DNA from: Azolla caroliniana
Taxonomy: Eukaryota > Plantae > Polypodiophyta
Length of the DNA stretch: 64,000 bases
Direction of reading: 5' to 3'
Assembly (NCBI GenBank): GCA_043228905.1
Contig: JBHGNT010000022.1
Span: 11,904,001 to 11,968,000, forward strand
The notes beneath the pieces are model-generated. The model had not been told where the DNA came from and searched no databases. It saw only the letters and a program-made list of their open reading frames with translations. Position numbers and translations under genes: made by a program. This document shows, piece by piece, positions 23,822 through 35,919 of this stretch. Each line of letters starts with the position of its first letter. The stretch's first letter is position 1.

Positions 23822-24940
23822 TGACTAAGGACATCAAATTTGTTCGCTAGATTTGGGCTAATAGTACTATTAGGACTATCAAATATCCCTGCTGAAATAG
23901 ACTCGGGTTTAGTACAATCAGAACTAGCAACTATTTGGTTTACCTGCCTTCTTGGCCTATGGGCACAGTTTACCACGATATGCCCTGGTCCATCGCAATA
24001 AAGACAGTCGATTTGCTCGGCGTTGTTGCTTTTCTTCTTCCGATAGCGGTCCACGACGACGTGTGGTGTCAATTTCCATCGAAGTTGGAGTACTTACTGG
24101 AGGCGCATTATATGATTCCCTCGGAAAAGGTTTCGCTACCACTGAAGCGTAGGTAGGCTCTGATCTTGCCCTCGGAATCTGGAATTGTCGTTCCGAACGT
24201 CGTTCGAAGAGGCAGTTGTCGCATCTCGCCGCGCAATTGATTGCTTCTGTTAATGACTTTGGCTCTTCGGGGAAGGTCAAGAGTAAATTCGTGACATCGT
24301 TGCGTAAACCATAACGAAATTGCTCCATCAATGTGTGATCATCCCAAGGGATATCGGCAACGAGTAGGCGGAAATCTACAGCGTATGCGGGGGCTGGACG
24401 GTCATCTTGGCGTAATCACCGGATTTTGTTGATTGCAGTCCTTATGCTGTCAGTATCTCCAAAATAGGCCTTAAACTCACTTATAAAATCTTCAAATTTG
24501 TTTAGTAATGGAGATTCTTTTTCCAACAATGGAGCAAACCATGCTAACATTGAGCCACTAAGGAGAGTGCCTAATAATCCCACTCGTGATGCATCGGTGG
24601 GATATCGAGAAGGATGCATTTGTATCACTAAACGTACCTGATTCAAAAACCCTCTAAACTGTGATCGGGTCCCATCAAATTTTGCAGGAAGACCGATCTT
24701 GGATTCTTTGTGAATCCCTTGAGTGCTTGATCCTTGTTGTTGTAATGATATGATAGTCGCTTCGAGTTGTTGTACATGTAACGTCAGCTCCCCATGTTGT
24801 TGTTGTTTTTCCAACGCTATTTGTTGAAGATCCCCCAACAAACGATGATTTTCTTGTTCTAGTGCTACAAATTTCTCTTTTAAGCACTGGAGCTCCGAGA
24901 AAACAGATTGGTATTCCTAAGTGCTAACAGTTTCCATTTT
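23822..24940 (-). pseudogene. Gypsy gag pseudogene (copy 1)
   Basis: PAKFDGTRSQFRGFLNQV, QFRYGLRNDV, PTSMEID and a (frameshifted) CLYC..PGHIVVNC zinc knuckle. Confidence 0.85.
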
Positions 24941-25029
24941 ACTAGGGAGGATAAGAGGATTAATAAGAAGATAAAAGGAAGAGGAGGAAGGAAGAACGAG
25001 CAAAATTGGTTCAAACTGTCAAGAAAGAA

Positions 25030-25455
25030 GTATTAAAAGAAGTATTCGTACTAAGAGAAGGAATTAGTACTAAAAGAAGTATTCGTACTAAGAGAGGTGA
25101 AGAACTCTCGAGAGAAGTAAAGAGTGAGTGAGAGGGAGGGAGAGAGAGGGAGAGAGTGATGATAAGAAAAGATATTAAGACAAAGAAGGAATTAGTACTA
25201 AAAGAAGTATTCGTACTAAAAGAGGGAGAGAGTGATGATAAGAAAAGATATTAAGATAAAGAAGGAATTAGTACTAAAAGAAGTATTCGTACTAAGAGAG
25301 GGAGAGAGTGATGATAAGAAAAGATATTAAGACAGAGAAGGAATTAGTACTAAAAGAAGTGTCTGTACTAAGAGAGGTGAAGAACTCTCAAGAGAAGGAA
25401 AGAGTGAGTGAGAGGGAGGGAGAGAGAGGGAGAGAGTGATGATAAGAAAAGATAT
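25030..25455. repeat. Purine-rich degenerate tandem repeats in the Gypsy 5' LTR/leader
   Basis: Recurring gaaggaattagtactaaaagaagtattcgtactaagagag and gagtgatgataagaaaagatattaaga blocks; duplicated at about 58965-59390. Confidence 0.75.
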
Positions 25456-25877
25456 ATATTATGTGAAGAGAATGTACAGTAGTAGCTAGGAGGCTTAAGA
25501 CTGGCGTTAAATCGATTTGGTTCGAAATAATGCCTTGTGCCTCCTTTTATAGTGTTCTGAGGAATACTCTTAAAGTTTCTAGAATGTTCCAGAGAAATCT
25601 AGAATATACATCAATTTTCTATAATAAAACATAAATGAAAATAATATTTTATGTATTACAATGTATGGTCTAATGGTCAAGAGCTCAACCCATGTAGCAT
25701 AAGGTCATGGGTTTGAGTCTTGTCATATCATGACACCAACGTATAAAAATGAATGTTATGCTAGACGAACACGAATTTTACGTACTATACTTTCAATTGT
25801 TAATTTTAAACCTCTAAGCTCTAACTTATTAAAAATTATATGCATTAATAATTATATGTAGAGTCTCCTTTTGATTT

Positions 25878-26020
25878 ATGATTATCAAATATATGACCAA
25901 ATTTATAATATGTATGATGACCAAATTTATAATAAGTGTGATAACTAAATTTATGATAAGTATGATGACCAAATTTATGATGATTTTCTCACAGAAATTT
26001 ATAATATGTATGATAATAAA
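25878..26020. repeat. About 24-bp tandem repeat (tatgatgaccaaatttataataag-like) in the hAT subterminal region
   Basis: Visible directly; produces the spurious MTKFII-repeat ORF. Duplicated at about 59812-59950. Confidence 0.75.
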
Positions 26021-27434
26021 TATCTCTAAAAACTGGTTTGGTTTGGTTTTGATTTATGATAAACCGGTTTGGTGTAGTTCTAAATTTTCAGTAAACGGTT
26101 CAGTTTAAATGGCTTCTTTGGTTTTTATTATAACTAAATGGTTTGGTTTGGTTTCAAGGCCAAGAAACCGAACCGAATCAAGCCCATTGCTAGTGAAGAT
26201 GCAATTTTGTGATAGTAGAAGTTGATGGCAAGCCTTTCCTAAACCAAGAATTGGGAACTCATATACAAGCATGCAACACAGAACCATGGCACTAGTGACA
26301 CTAAAAATTGCATCTAGTTATACAACAGAGCATGGAGCCAAATTTGTGTAGAACATACAAACTATGATATTACAAAGCATTCAAGCCAATTCCCATTTTT
26401 ATGTTTATTGTTGTCAATATCATTTCCCATCTCATGCTTGAATGCTCCATACAGCGCTGTAGTAATGTGAGGAGAGCACATGCAGAAATGGGTTAAACTA
26501 AATTTTCATCTCCTTAATCCTTATCAAACTTCCTTTTATTAAGCCACTCCAAGTAATAGAGTAGAGAATTATCTCACATGTGTCTTAATTTCCCTTTCAT
26601 TACTTTTAAATCTCACATGGGGGGAGGTTATAAACATAAATCTCCGAAATTTCAACCCCCTTCAAGGAGGCATGGATACTTTTAAATTTTCAAAAACTGG
26701 AATCCCATTGAAGGAAAACTCCACCCAGGACTAGTGTTGGGCAAAGTTTTTAATCCCTACCACAAATTTTCCTACTTCTGATTAACCTAACTAGATTATA
26801 ACCATTTTAATTGGCCATTTTTGTATCAATGTTTATGTCATTTAGAACTTCTTGATTATTATTTTTTAAATCATCACATACCAAATCGTATAGCATGAAC
26901 ATTTGGTAGAAATTTTATAATTGTTAAAATATTGAGAACATTGGCAACTAAGTAAACCATTGAGAAAAAAATTACTATACAATATTGAAACATCAAATGC
27001 TATATTGAAACCATAGTACGTAATATTCGTGTTTCTTAGCCCAAACATTTGTTTTCATACGTATGCAAACGAATGTGTATGTTATTAAAACATTTTTGTG
27101 TTTTTTTTTACACTTTTTGCCTTAACTTACCTTAACTTTCTTACCCTAAAAAAAAACCTTATAATAAATAATGAGCGCAAAAGTATATGGTATTTACCAT
27201 AATTCGAGGGTGTTTTTCTTACGCGAATGATAAGAATGTTCACGAATGCGCATGCACGAATGGTATGTATGCTTCATACTATGATTGAAACATCACATAT
27301 CATATTGAAACATCACATACCATATTGAAACAAAAATACTAGATTGACCACTAGATATGATAAACATTAAATGCCATATTGAAACACAAATACCATGTTA
27401 AGAAATGGCATGTCATATTGAAACATCACATACC

Positions 27435-27727
27435 TGTCACGGACACACCAAGCGCGGACTAAGACAGAGCACGGATGATGAGGCTACGACGGAGCGATGA
27501 CGGAATGACACAAGAGCATAAAGATAGAGATGAAGATTAACGAGAGAAGATGGGCGAAGTGAGAATACTAGATTGATATGTCCATGACTGGCGTTGTTCA
27601 CCTTGAATTCCTTCAAGGTGAACTCAACTATTTATACTAAGTGGCATGCATACCTGTTGCACACATGTGATACAATAGAGCACGTAGGCAATAGGTATGC
27701 ATGCATGTGCCAAGTGTAAATACTACA
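27435..27727 (-). repeat. Partial LTR of family D (reverse orientation)
   Basis: Near-identical reverse complement of 34070-34362 (solo LTR D), including the gttcaccttgaa/ttcaaggtgaac palindrome. Confidence 0.85.
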
Positions 27728-29780
27728 ACGGAGAAATTATGAACATGATGCAAGCTAAAACCCACAATGAGGAATACATGATTTGTTGAGAGACAAGCTC
27801 AACATCGGCCAGATCGCCTGAAGAAGCCGAGGACCGGATTGGTTGGGACCGATCGGTTAGGCCGTTAGGAAAGATATTCCGTGAGGAATATATTTGGGAG
27901 TTAGTGTAGGAGCTCTTAATGAGCATTGAAGTACTGTCAGTACTTCGGTCAATCCTTCTAGGACTTGTACAAAGTGTTCATTGAACACATATATGTATTG
28001 TCTTTGTTTTTTTGTCTTTCAAAATATACATATTCTCTCTCTCGGTCTCTCCCGCGTATACTGTGTAAGCTCAAGCTCTCCATTAAACCTGAGTGTTCTT
28101 CCTTCTGTTCGGTCTTTATACTTGCTTCCGCACGCCACTTTTTACATGGTATCAGAGCGCGAGGGTTGAGAACCTCTCTACAGCCGACACAGCTTGACGA
28201 AGAAGAACAAGAAGAACGATGGATACAGGCATGGCGAGCTCGCTTCCAACAGAGAAGCTCGACAGAACCAACTACGCGTCTTGGTCCTACAAGATGCACC
28301 AGTACCTGCTCGGGCACGGCTACTGGAGTTATGTCGAAGGAGCTAATGACGCGGCACCCGAATCGACACACAGAGACTTCCCTTCATGGGAGCAATCGGC
28401 GAGCAAGGTATTATACTGCTTCGCGTCGTGTGTGGGCGAACAATTATTGAGCTATGTTCGGGATGCAAAGACGCCGAAGGGTGCGTGGGAAAATCTGAAG
28501 AAGATTTTCGCCGCGAGCACCACAGCCAGGAAGCTTCAGCTCCGACATGAGTTGAGCAACCTACGACAACGCGACTTGTCGGTGGCGGACTATACCTCGA
28601 AGATCAAGGATATCTGCGACTCCCTCGCCTCCATAGAGGTGAACATCGAGGAGAGCGAGATGGTCCAGATCTGTCTCGGAGGTTTGGTGTCGAAGTTCGG
28701 AGCGTTCCGAACGGCTGTGTGTACTCGGGAGAATATGTCGTCCTTTTTCGACTTACAGTTGATGCTCATGGTAGAGGAGAACCATGCGGGTGCGTCCACA
28801 AGCACGCACACCGATAGCAGAATGTTGTACACGGAGGGAGATAGGCCCCGTGGACGTGGAGGACGAGGCGAGTCGGCGCGCAATGGAGGCGGCCGACGAG
28901 ATCAAGGAAGAAGGCACCGAAGTGATGCCGACAGCAACTCCAGACCCTCCGGAAACAGGGGGAGTCGAAGCGATGAGAACCGGCAAGGGAAGGCAATCGC
29001 GGTGTGCTGGTACTGTGGCAAGAAAGGCCACAGGGAAAGTGAGTGCTGGAAGAAGCGCGCCGATTCTGAGAGAACCGGTTCCGGAAACGGCTCCGGACAT
29101 ACCGACAAGGGAAATCGGCAGCGATCGCACTACGCCGAAGACTCCGGGAGAGCCGGAGAAGGGTCTGTCTTCGTGACGAGACACAAAGCAAACTCAATGA
29201 AACAAACCACCCCGAGATCGGACGAGGTATGGTACGTAGACTCCGGCGCGTCAAACCACATGACGAGCCATAAGGAGTGGTTCTCGTACCTTGAAAAACC
29301 GATACAACCTGGAGTAGTCGCAACTGGAGACGATACTCCGCATCCGATTGTGAATGTCGGAGAAGTTCCCCTTAGTCATGTCGGGCAGAAAGGGAAACTC
29401 ATGAACGTGTTGCACGTTCCGACAATCACGAAAAACTTGGTCTCGGTCGGACAGATCGTCGACCAAGGGATGGAGGTTCGGTTTACACACCTCGGGTGCT
29501 TCATTGAGGAAGATGGTCGTGTGATTGCGCAAGGGCGTAGAGACGGGAGGATGTTCATCCTCGATTCCACTGACGGCAGCACCGCAATGTTCGCGAAGGG
29601 ACAAAAATCCGAGTCGGACATCGACTTGTGGCACAAGCAGATAGGCCACGTCAACCACCAATGGCTTCAAGATCTACAATCGAAACAGGTAGTGTTCGGA
29701 TTGCCCAAATTTAGTGGCCGAAAGGCACAAATTTGTGAAGCCTGCCAGCTTGGGAAGCAACACCGACTTCCTTTTCTGAA
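27728..29780 (+). mobile_element. 5' part of Copia E (relative of Copia B): partial LTR to 28146, PBS, and gag-protease ORF 28219 to about 29780
   Basis: LTR end ...TTTACA is followed by PBS TGGTATCAGAGC (28147-28158). ORF MASSLPTEKLDRTNYASW..CWYCGKKGHRESEC..WYVDSGAS..WHKQIGH..CEAC, truncated at RLPF. Confidence 0.9.
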
Positions 29781-31328
29781 GGGTTCTAGAATTATTCTCC
29801 AAAATATTCTCAAGAATATTCTAATGCATGTACTTCAACTCACATTATAAATACTTGTAACCTCCTTGGTCCCTTTCAAGGGATTCAACACCAGCCATTT
29901 ACACATCAATCTAGTATTCTTGTTCCATTCCATCTTCACCCAACCATCGTCGTCATCAACACTACTTGTCATCATTTTTAGGTATCATTTTGCATCGCAG
30001 TTTTGGTGAGGAGGGCTTTCGATCGCTCACCTTCCCAGTTCCAGTGGGGGTCACAACCGCTCACTTTCCTGGTGGGGATTGGATTATTCCTCGCTTGCAC
30101 TGCATTTTTGTTATAGTTCAAGTCTCGCGCCACTTTCTGTTGGCGAGGACGATTTTGATCGCTCACCTTTTAGTTTTAGTGGGGGTCACAACCGCTCATA
30201 TTATTGGCAAGGATCGTGTGGGTTTCTCGCTAGGGCTACCGTTTGTGCCGTGTCTTGGGTCAACCTCGACTATTTACCCACTCATAATAGAAGAAGTCGA
30301 ATTGACCGCTTCACTTGCACTCCTTCGCACGTTGTTGTTTAGCTCTCTGTGAGGGCCGCATGGTCGCTCACGCCCGTTCGTGTTTTTGATGAGGACCGCA
30401 CATGGTCACTCACATTCCAGTTCCTGATGAGGGCCGCATGGTCGCTCACGTCCGTTCATGTTCCAGTTCTTCTCGGTGAGAGCCGCATTGTCGCTCATTC
30501 CCGTTCATGTTTTCGATGAGGATTGCACATGGTCGCTCACGTTCTAGTTCCCGATGAGGGCCACACATGGGCGTTCACTCTCATTCATGTTCCAGTCTTC
30601 AGTGAGGACCGCATTGTCGCTCATTCCCGTTCGTGTTTTCGGTGAGGACCGCACATGATCACTCACGCCCATTTTTGTTCCAGTTCCAGTTCCCAATGAG
30701 GATTGGACATGGTCTCTCACGCCCGTTCGTATTCCAGTTCCAGTTCCCGGTGAGGACCGCACATGGTCACTCACGTCCGTTGGTGTTCCAGTTCCAGTTC
30801 CCGGTGAGGACCGCACATGGTCACTCGCGTCCGTTGGTGTTCATGTTTCCAATGAGGACAACATATGGTTTCTCACTCCCACCACTTCTCATTCACCCCT
30901 ACACCGTACTTTTGAAAAGGCGGCAAAGGGGAAGATAATGTCACATACATGACAACAGTTATGTCAAGATTTGAACTCTTGACCTCTTGTATTATTGTCA
31001 AGTGTTATATTGTAACCAACACATCCAAGTACATAATCTTGCTACGCATTCTAGGAGTTTTTAGAAAGTTCTAGAACTAGAAGGTTCTAGAGGGTTCTAG
31101 AATATTCTCCAAAATATTCTCAAGAATATTCTAATGCATGTACTTCAACTCACAATATAAATACTTCTAACCTCCACACTAGTTATTCTTGTTCCATTCC
31201 ATCTTGTCTCATTCTTCATCTCTGTCTTCATGCTCTCATGTTCTTCATTTAATATCGGTTGTAGCCTCATCACTCATAGTCTCATCATCTGTGTTTCGTC
31301 TTAGTCCGCGCTTGGTGTGTTTGTGATA
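29781..31328 (+). mobile_element. Non-coding (non-autonomous) LTR element related to family D, with internal minisatellite, PPT and 3' LTR (about 30939-31328)
   Basis: 29781-29935 repeats 31093-31205. A purine tract gaaaaggcggcaaaggggaagataa precedes TGTCA at 30939. The LTR end gtcttagtccgcgcttggtgtg is shared with solo LTR D. Confidence 0.7.
30348..30870. repeat. Degenerate minisatellite (about 40-56 bp units; core tgaggaccgcacatggtcactcac)
   Basis: About 11 recurrences of the core, separated by related cgttcgtgttccagttccagttccc linkers. Confidence 0.9.
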
Positions 31329-31959
31329 GTACGTGTGAAATTGAGTAGCGACTCTTGATGTTCAAGAACTTTGCCAATGAATGTTGCAATTGAGAGTGCA
31401 CATTGTAGTTGTGAAAGAAATTCGTGCAAGGATTGGGTTTGGGGGATTTTATGGCTGAATCTCAATATCATGGTGAACCATCCATGGAAAATTATGCCAA
31501 AGGGGAAAATAAAGAAGATTTTGAGAAGAATAAATTGTCATCTCAACAGTTGATATGGTCGTGGATAAAGCAACATCTCATGGGTTAGAGTGAGATTCTA
31601 AAGTTCATGGTAATGTCAGATGAGTACGTACTAATAAAGATATAGATGTTGAAGATGAAGAGTGGCATCGAGTGAAGTATAAGATAGAAGGGAAGGGTGT
31701 TGCCATCCAAAGAGACACAAAAAGTACTAATGGTGAGGCAATATCAATAGATAAATCGAGAATGGATGAGGGCTTTAAGAAAAATCCTTGGTAGAAACAA
31801 TATAAAATTAGAGATTGTTTAACCAGTTACAATTTGATTCTTCAGAAAGGGTGGTGCAACCTCAATTCCAAGGACTTCGTACTTGTGGGGCTAGACAACA
31901 AAATTCTATAATTGGTGGAGGGGATGTAGTACACACAAATCCTTATGCAACTCTTGAAC

Positions 31960-32990
31960 AAATAGTTAGCACATTTATGAATACACTTGCTCATAAAGAG
32001 CAAATTCTTACTAAAGATGTTTAATGAAAGTGAGGGACACCTTCTCATAAGAAATATATCTTATGGAAAATTTTATTTGATAAAGAATGGGATGTTTTAT
32101 GTGTAGTTAAACATAGGTGTCAGATTTAGCATGATCTCTATTACATATGCGTGGATATTCCAGATATTATATAGGTCAGTCATCACATCAATATTCAAGT
32201 GTAGTCATGATTGTTCGTGAATTGTTTTGTCCACATATAGTCTATAATGATCTTGGATATGGACATTTTTTGGTGATGGAAGTTAGGTATTTTAAGGTTT
32301 TGGTATGGTTGGTAGGAATTTATTCACCCAACAATGCTAATCAACACAGTGAGTTGTGGTCTTCTATGTGTCCAAGGTTATCAGTGGGTCGTGTTGGTTT
32401 GTTAATGGTAAATTTAATATGTGTCTTGATGCATCACAATGTACTTCATAATTCTCATTGATGGATTCTCTTGATCAATTTGAGACAAATTGACATCAAC
32501 GGTTTTGAAGTCAAATGTATGTAAATGGTTGCATCAAGATGAGGTTGAGTTTACATTTTAGTCTATGAAATATAAGGAAACATGGAGTAGGTTGGATAGA
32601 ATGTATGTTACATGCATGATAAGCCCTTTTTGCCAAAGATGCTTAATATGTCAATTGTGCAAGAGGTTGTGACTTCGGATCATTTTCCCATATGTTTGAG
32701 TTTAATAAACCTAGGTAGATATGTACGAAACATTGCTTGATCGAGTTCCTTTGAGGTTTAATTCATCTTTATTATTTCATTCCATATTTGATAACTATAT
32801 GTAACACATTTTTGGCATGTTTTCAAAATAGATTAATTCAAAAGGATGACATGCATGGGATACAACATTACAAAACATTAATGATATTCACCGTATGTAT
32901 GGTATTCACCATATATATGGTATGATTAATGCTAGAGAGAGAGTCAAGAAGGCACACAAAAAAGTAATTGTCTATTATAAACCTTGGCTT
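31960..32990 (+). mobile_element. Degenerate L1-type LINE, APE endonuclease region (copy 1)
   Basis: Broken-frame motifs LVGIYSPN, WSRLDRMY (about 32583) and VTSDHFPI (about 32669), typical of the L1 ORF2 endonuclease. Confidence 0.7.
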
Positions 32991-33135
32991 AAACTACTTA
33001 TAAAGTTTAAATATTCATTTTCATGTGAAACGCCCATAAAAATTATACACTTCAAATGACATGCCAAAATTTTATTTTCCATGTCATATATATTATATGT
33101 ATATATGTCACATATTATTATATAAATATATATAC

Positions 33136-35104
33136 GTACTATGTACTACCTCGTCACTATTTGGGGGAGAAACATTAAATAGGTGAAGCCCGTGAATCTA
33201 GAGCTTGGACGGCCATAAACTCGTCTCGGACATCGTAGATGATCGGAGCTGTCCAATATTTTAGATGCAAGGAAAAACAAAAAGAAGATAGATAAAGTAA
33301 AAAATAGAAAAAAAGGAGAGGGAGAGAGAATGTAACTTTTGGAGGGAAATTTTGAATCTTTTCTCTCTCTCTCTTTCCTCTTTGCGTGCTCTCTTCTGCA
33401 CGTTTTCTCTCTCCGTTTCATCTCTGCGTGCTCTCTCGCTCTCTCTGTCTCTCGTGGGTAAAAAACCAAGTGAGATCTTTTATTTATTTATCGCCATGTT
33501 TATCTTGTGCCACTTTTATATGTTTGTATCCTAGACATGTTGTTTTTGTTCCATTTTTAGGGTGAGGTTTCTCTTAAGCATCTTGTTCACTTAGACTAAT
33601 GTTCTTATCAACATTGTGCAAGGTTAGCTCTTAACTCTTGTGGAGTATTTTGTTCTCCTATATCGTGCTCTTCTTCCGGAATATGGGAGTCTTTTCTCAT
33701 CATTGACAACTAATCTATATCTGACATTTAAGGTGACATATGTATTGGAAAAGGTATAATTTCTTGTGGGTGGAACAACAACAAAGGATGTGACTTTCTA
33801 AAGTGCTCACAAGTGGGTAAAAAACCAGGTATTTGGTATTTTTATCTTTGCCTTTTGGTATAGTCATAGCCATAGCTATATATTTGTTTTTAGATACAAA
33901 GATCAAACACTTGGAATAAAAGATTTGAAGCTTAGTGTCAAGATTCGAACTCTTGACATAACCATGTTGTAATCGAGTGTTATGTGTTAACCACATATCT
34001 AGCATATAATCACGTATATACTTCCTCATTTTAGGTTTTAGCTAGCATCATGTGCATAATTCCTCCCTTGTATTATTTACACTTGGCACATGTATGCGTA
34101 CCTACTGCCTACATGCTCTATTGTATCACATGAGTGCAACATGTACGCATGCCAGTTAGTATAAATAGTTGAGTTCACCTTGAAGGAATTCAAGGTGAAC
34201 AACGCCAGTCATGGACATATCAATCTAGTATTCTCGTTTCGCCCAATCTTGTCTCCTTAATCATCATCTCTATCTTTATGCTCTTGTGTCATTCCATCAT
34301 CGCTCCGTCGTAACCTCATCATCCGTGCTCCGTCTTAGTCCGCGCTTGGTGTGTCCGTGACACTTAGATTACATATCTAAGTAGATCTATAGAATGAGTT
34401 ATCTCTTTATCACCTAGATGACATGTTTGGTGGATTTACAATCCCTTTTAGGAACTTGTTGAAACTGACACATGTGATCCCATACATGAATGTTGGGTTG
34501 ATGATTTTTTCCTCTTGTCTATAATTGTAGGATTAAATTAACCACGGTGTTTCCAATAGGAAATTGACCCTTCATCATATCTGTCGAGTCCACCTCTACA
34601 TCTCAAGTAAGTTCTCCGCCCAACTTTAAATTTCTAAGTTGAAGTGTGGACTATCATTCTAAGTTGAAGGTATGACTATCATCTCATGTTTTGCAAGGTA
34701 TGACTATCATTCTAAGTTGAAGTGTGGTTTTTTACCCACTTTCGAGCTCTTCAGAAAGTCGCATCCTTTGTTGTTGTTCCACCCACGAGAAATTATACCT
34801 TTTCCAATACATATGTCACTTTAAATGTTAGATATAGACCAGTTGTCAATGATGAGAAAAGACTCCCATATTCCGGAAGAAGAGCACGATATAGGAGAAC
34901 AAAATACTCCACAAGAGTTAAGAGTTGACCCTGCACAAGGTTAATAAGAACATTAGACTAAGTGAACAAGATGCTTAAGAGAAACCTCACCCTAAAAATG
35001 GAACAAAAACAACATGTCTGGGATACAAACATATAAGTGGCACAAGATAAACATGGCGATAAATAAATAAAAGATCTTACCTGGTTTTTTACCCATGAGA
35101 GACA

Positions 35105-35161
<57 letters not shown>

Positions 35162-35389
35162 CAAAATTTCCCTCTAGAAGTTACATTCTCTCTCCCTCTC
35201 TCTCTCTCTCCTTTTTTTCTATTTTGTACTTTATCTATCTTCTTTTTGTTTTTCTCTACATCTAAAATGTTGGACAGCTCCGATCGTCTACAATTTCCGA
35301 GAAGAGTTGAGGGTCGTCCAAGCCCTAGATTCACGGGCTTCACCTATTTAATGTTTCTCCCCCAAATAGTGACGAGGTGTACATAGTAC
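33136..35389. mobile_element. Foldback / long-TIR non-autonomous DNA element (arms about 33136-33827 and 34724-35389)
   Basis: About 690-bp inverted arms, e.g. cctcgtcactatttgggggagaaacattaaataggtgaagcccgtgaatctag versus its reverse complement at about 35325-35378. No transposase ORF. Confidence 0.85.
33936..34362 (+). mobile_element. Solo LTR, family D (427 bp)
   Basis: TGTCA...TGACA ends and a 5-bp TSD CTTAG on both sides. TATA-like tataaata at about 34160. Confidence 0.9.
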
Positions 35390-35919
35390 TATGTACTATT
35401 AATTGTGTGTAATGATATATGTTTTTATATTATATGTTTTTTTTCCCAAAAAATATATGTTTTTCGGAACAAGTTTAAAATAATATCATCATCATGTAAT
35501 AATAATATATATTCTCAAATCTTTATTTTGTACTAATAATATTAGTTGAAATTTTAAACAATAATCTTTATTAAATACTTTAAGAGTGTAAACTCTAGGT
35601 TTCATTTTAATGTTTACGTTTTAAGTTAAAACTATTTTTTTTATTAACCTTTGTTTTCATACTTCTTAGTAAAAACATTAACAAGATATTTATTTTATGT
35701 ATTTCATTATCATCTTTGTGAGGTAGTTATGCTAAATTGTGTACCTTTTATAGTAATGACATGTATAACAATGTAGCATTACATAGACTCTAGACCTTTT
35801 CATTTTTAAAATTTGTATGTCAAATGACATGTAGTTTTTGCAATTTTATGTCATATGACATACATCTTTAAAAAATGCCCGTAAAAACACTTTGATACTA
35901 ACCCGTCAAATCTAGGCCC

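Larger units (their letters stand above)
12601..25735 (-). mobile_element. Degenerate Ty3/Gypsy chromovirus (Tcn1-like), interrupted by Copia B
   Basis: Gag-PR-RT-RH-INT-chromodomain order. 5' LTR about 25017-25735; 3' LTR reduced to about 84 bp (12601-12684) with a PPT immediately internal. Confidence 0.9.
11738..26192. mobile_element. Non-autonomous hAT-type DNA transposon, expanded by nested retroelements
   Basis: TIRs TAGCAATGGG(CCCG)...CCCATTGCTA and an 8-bp TSD GTGAAGAT (11730-11737, 26193-26200). Subterminal AAACCG/CGGTTT repeats at both ends. The empty site (ctatgtagtgaagatg) is visible in the paralogous block at about 37310. Confidence 0.85.

Noticed and set aside
30348-30870. CRISPR-like array (conserved core with variable intervals)
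   Set aside because: The intervals are homologous to each other, the cores are degenerate, there are no cas genes, and the context is a eukaryotic LTR element. It is a minisatellite.
27435-31328. Single TIR element defined by inverted ends tgtcacggacacaccaagcgcggactaagac
   Set aside because: The ends are two related LTR termini in opposite orientation, and the flanks (ATACC versus GTACG) give no TSD.
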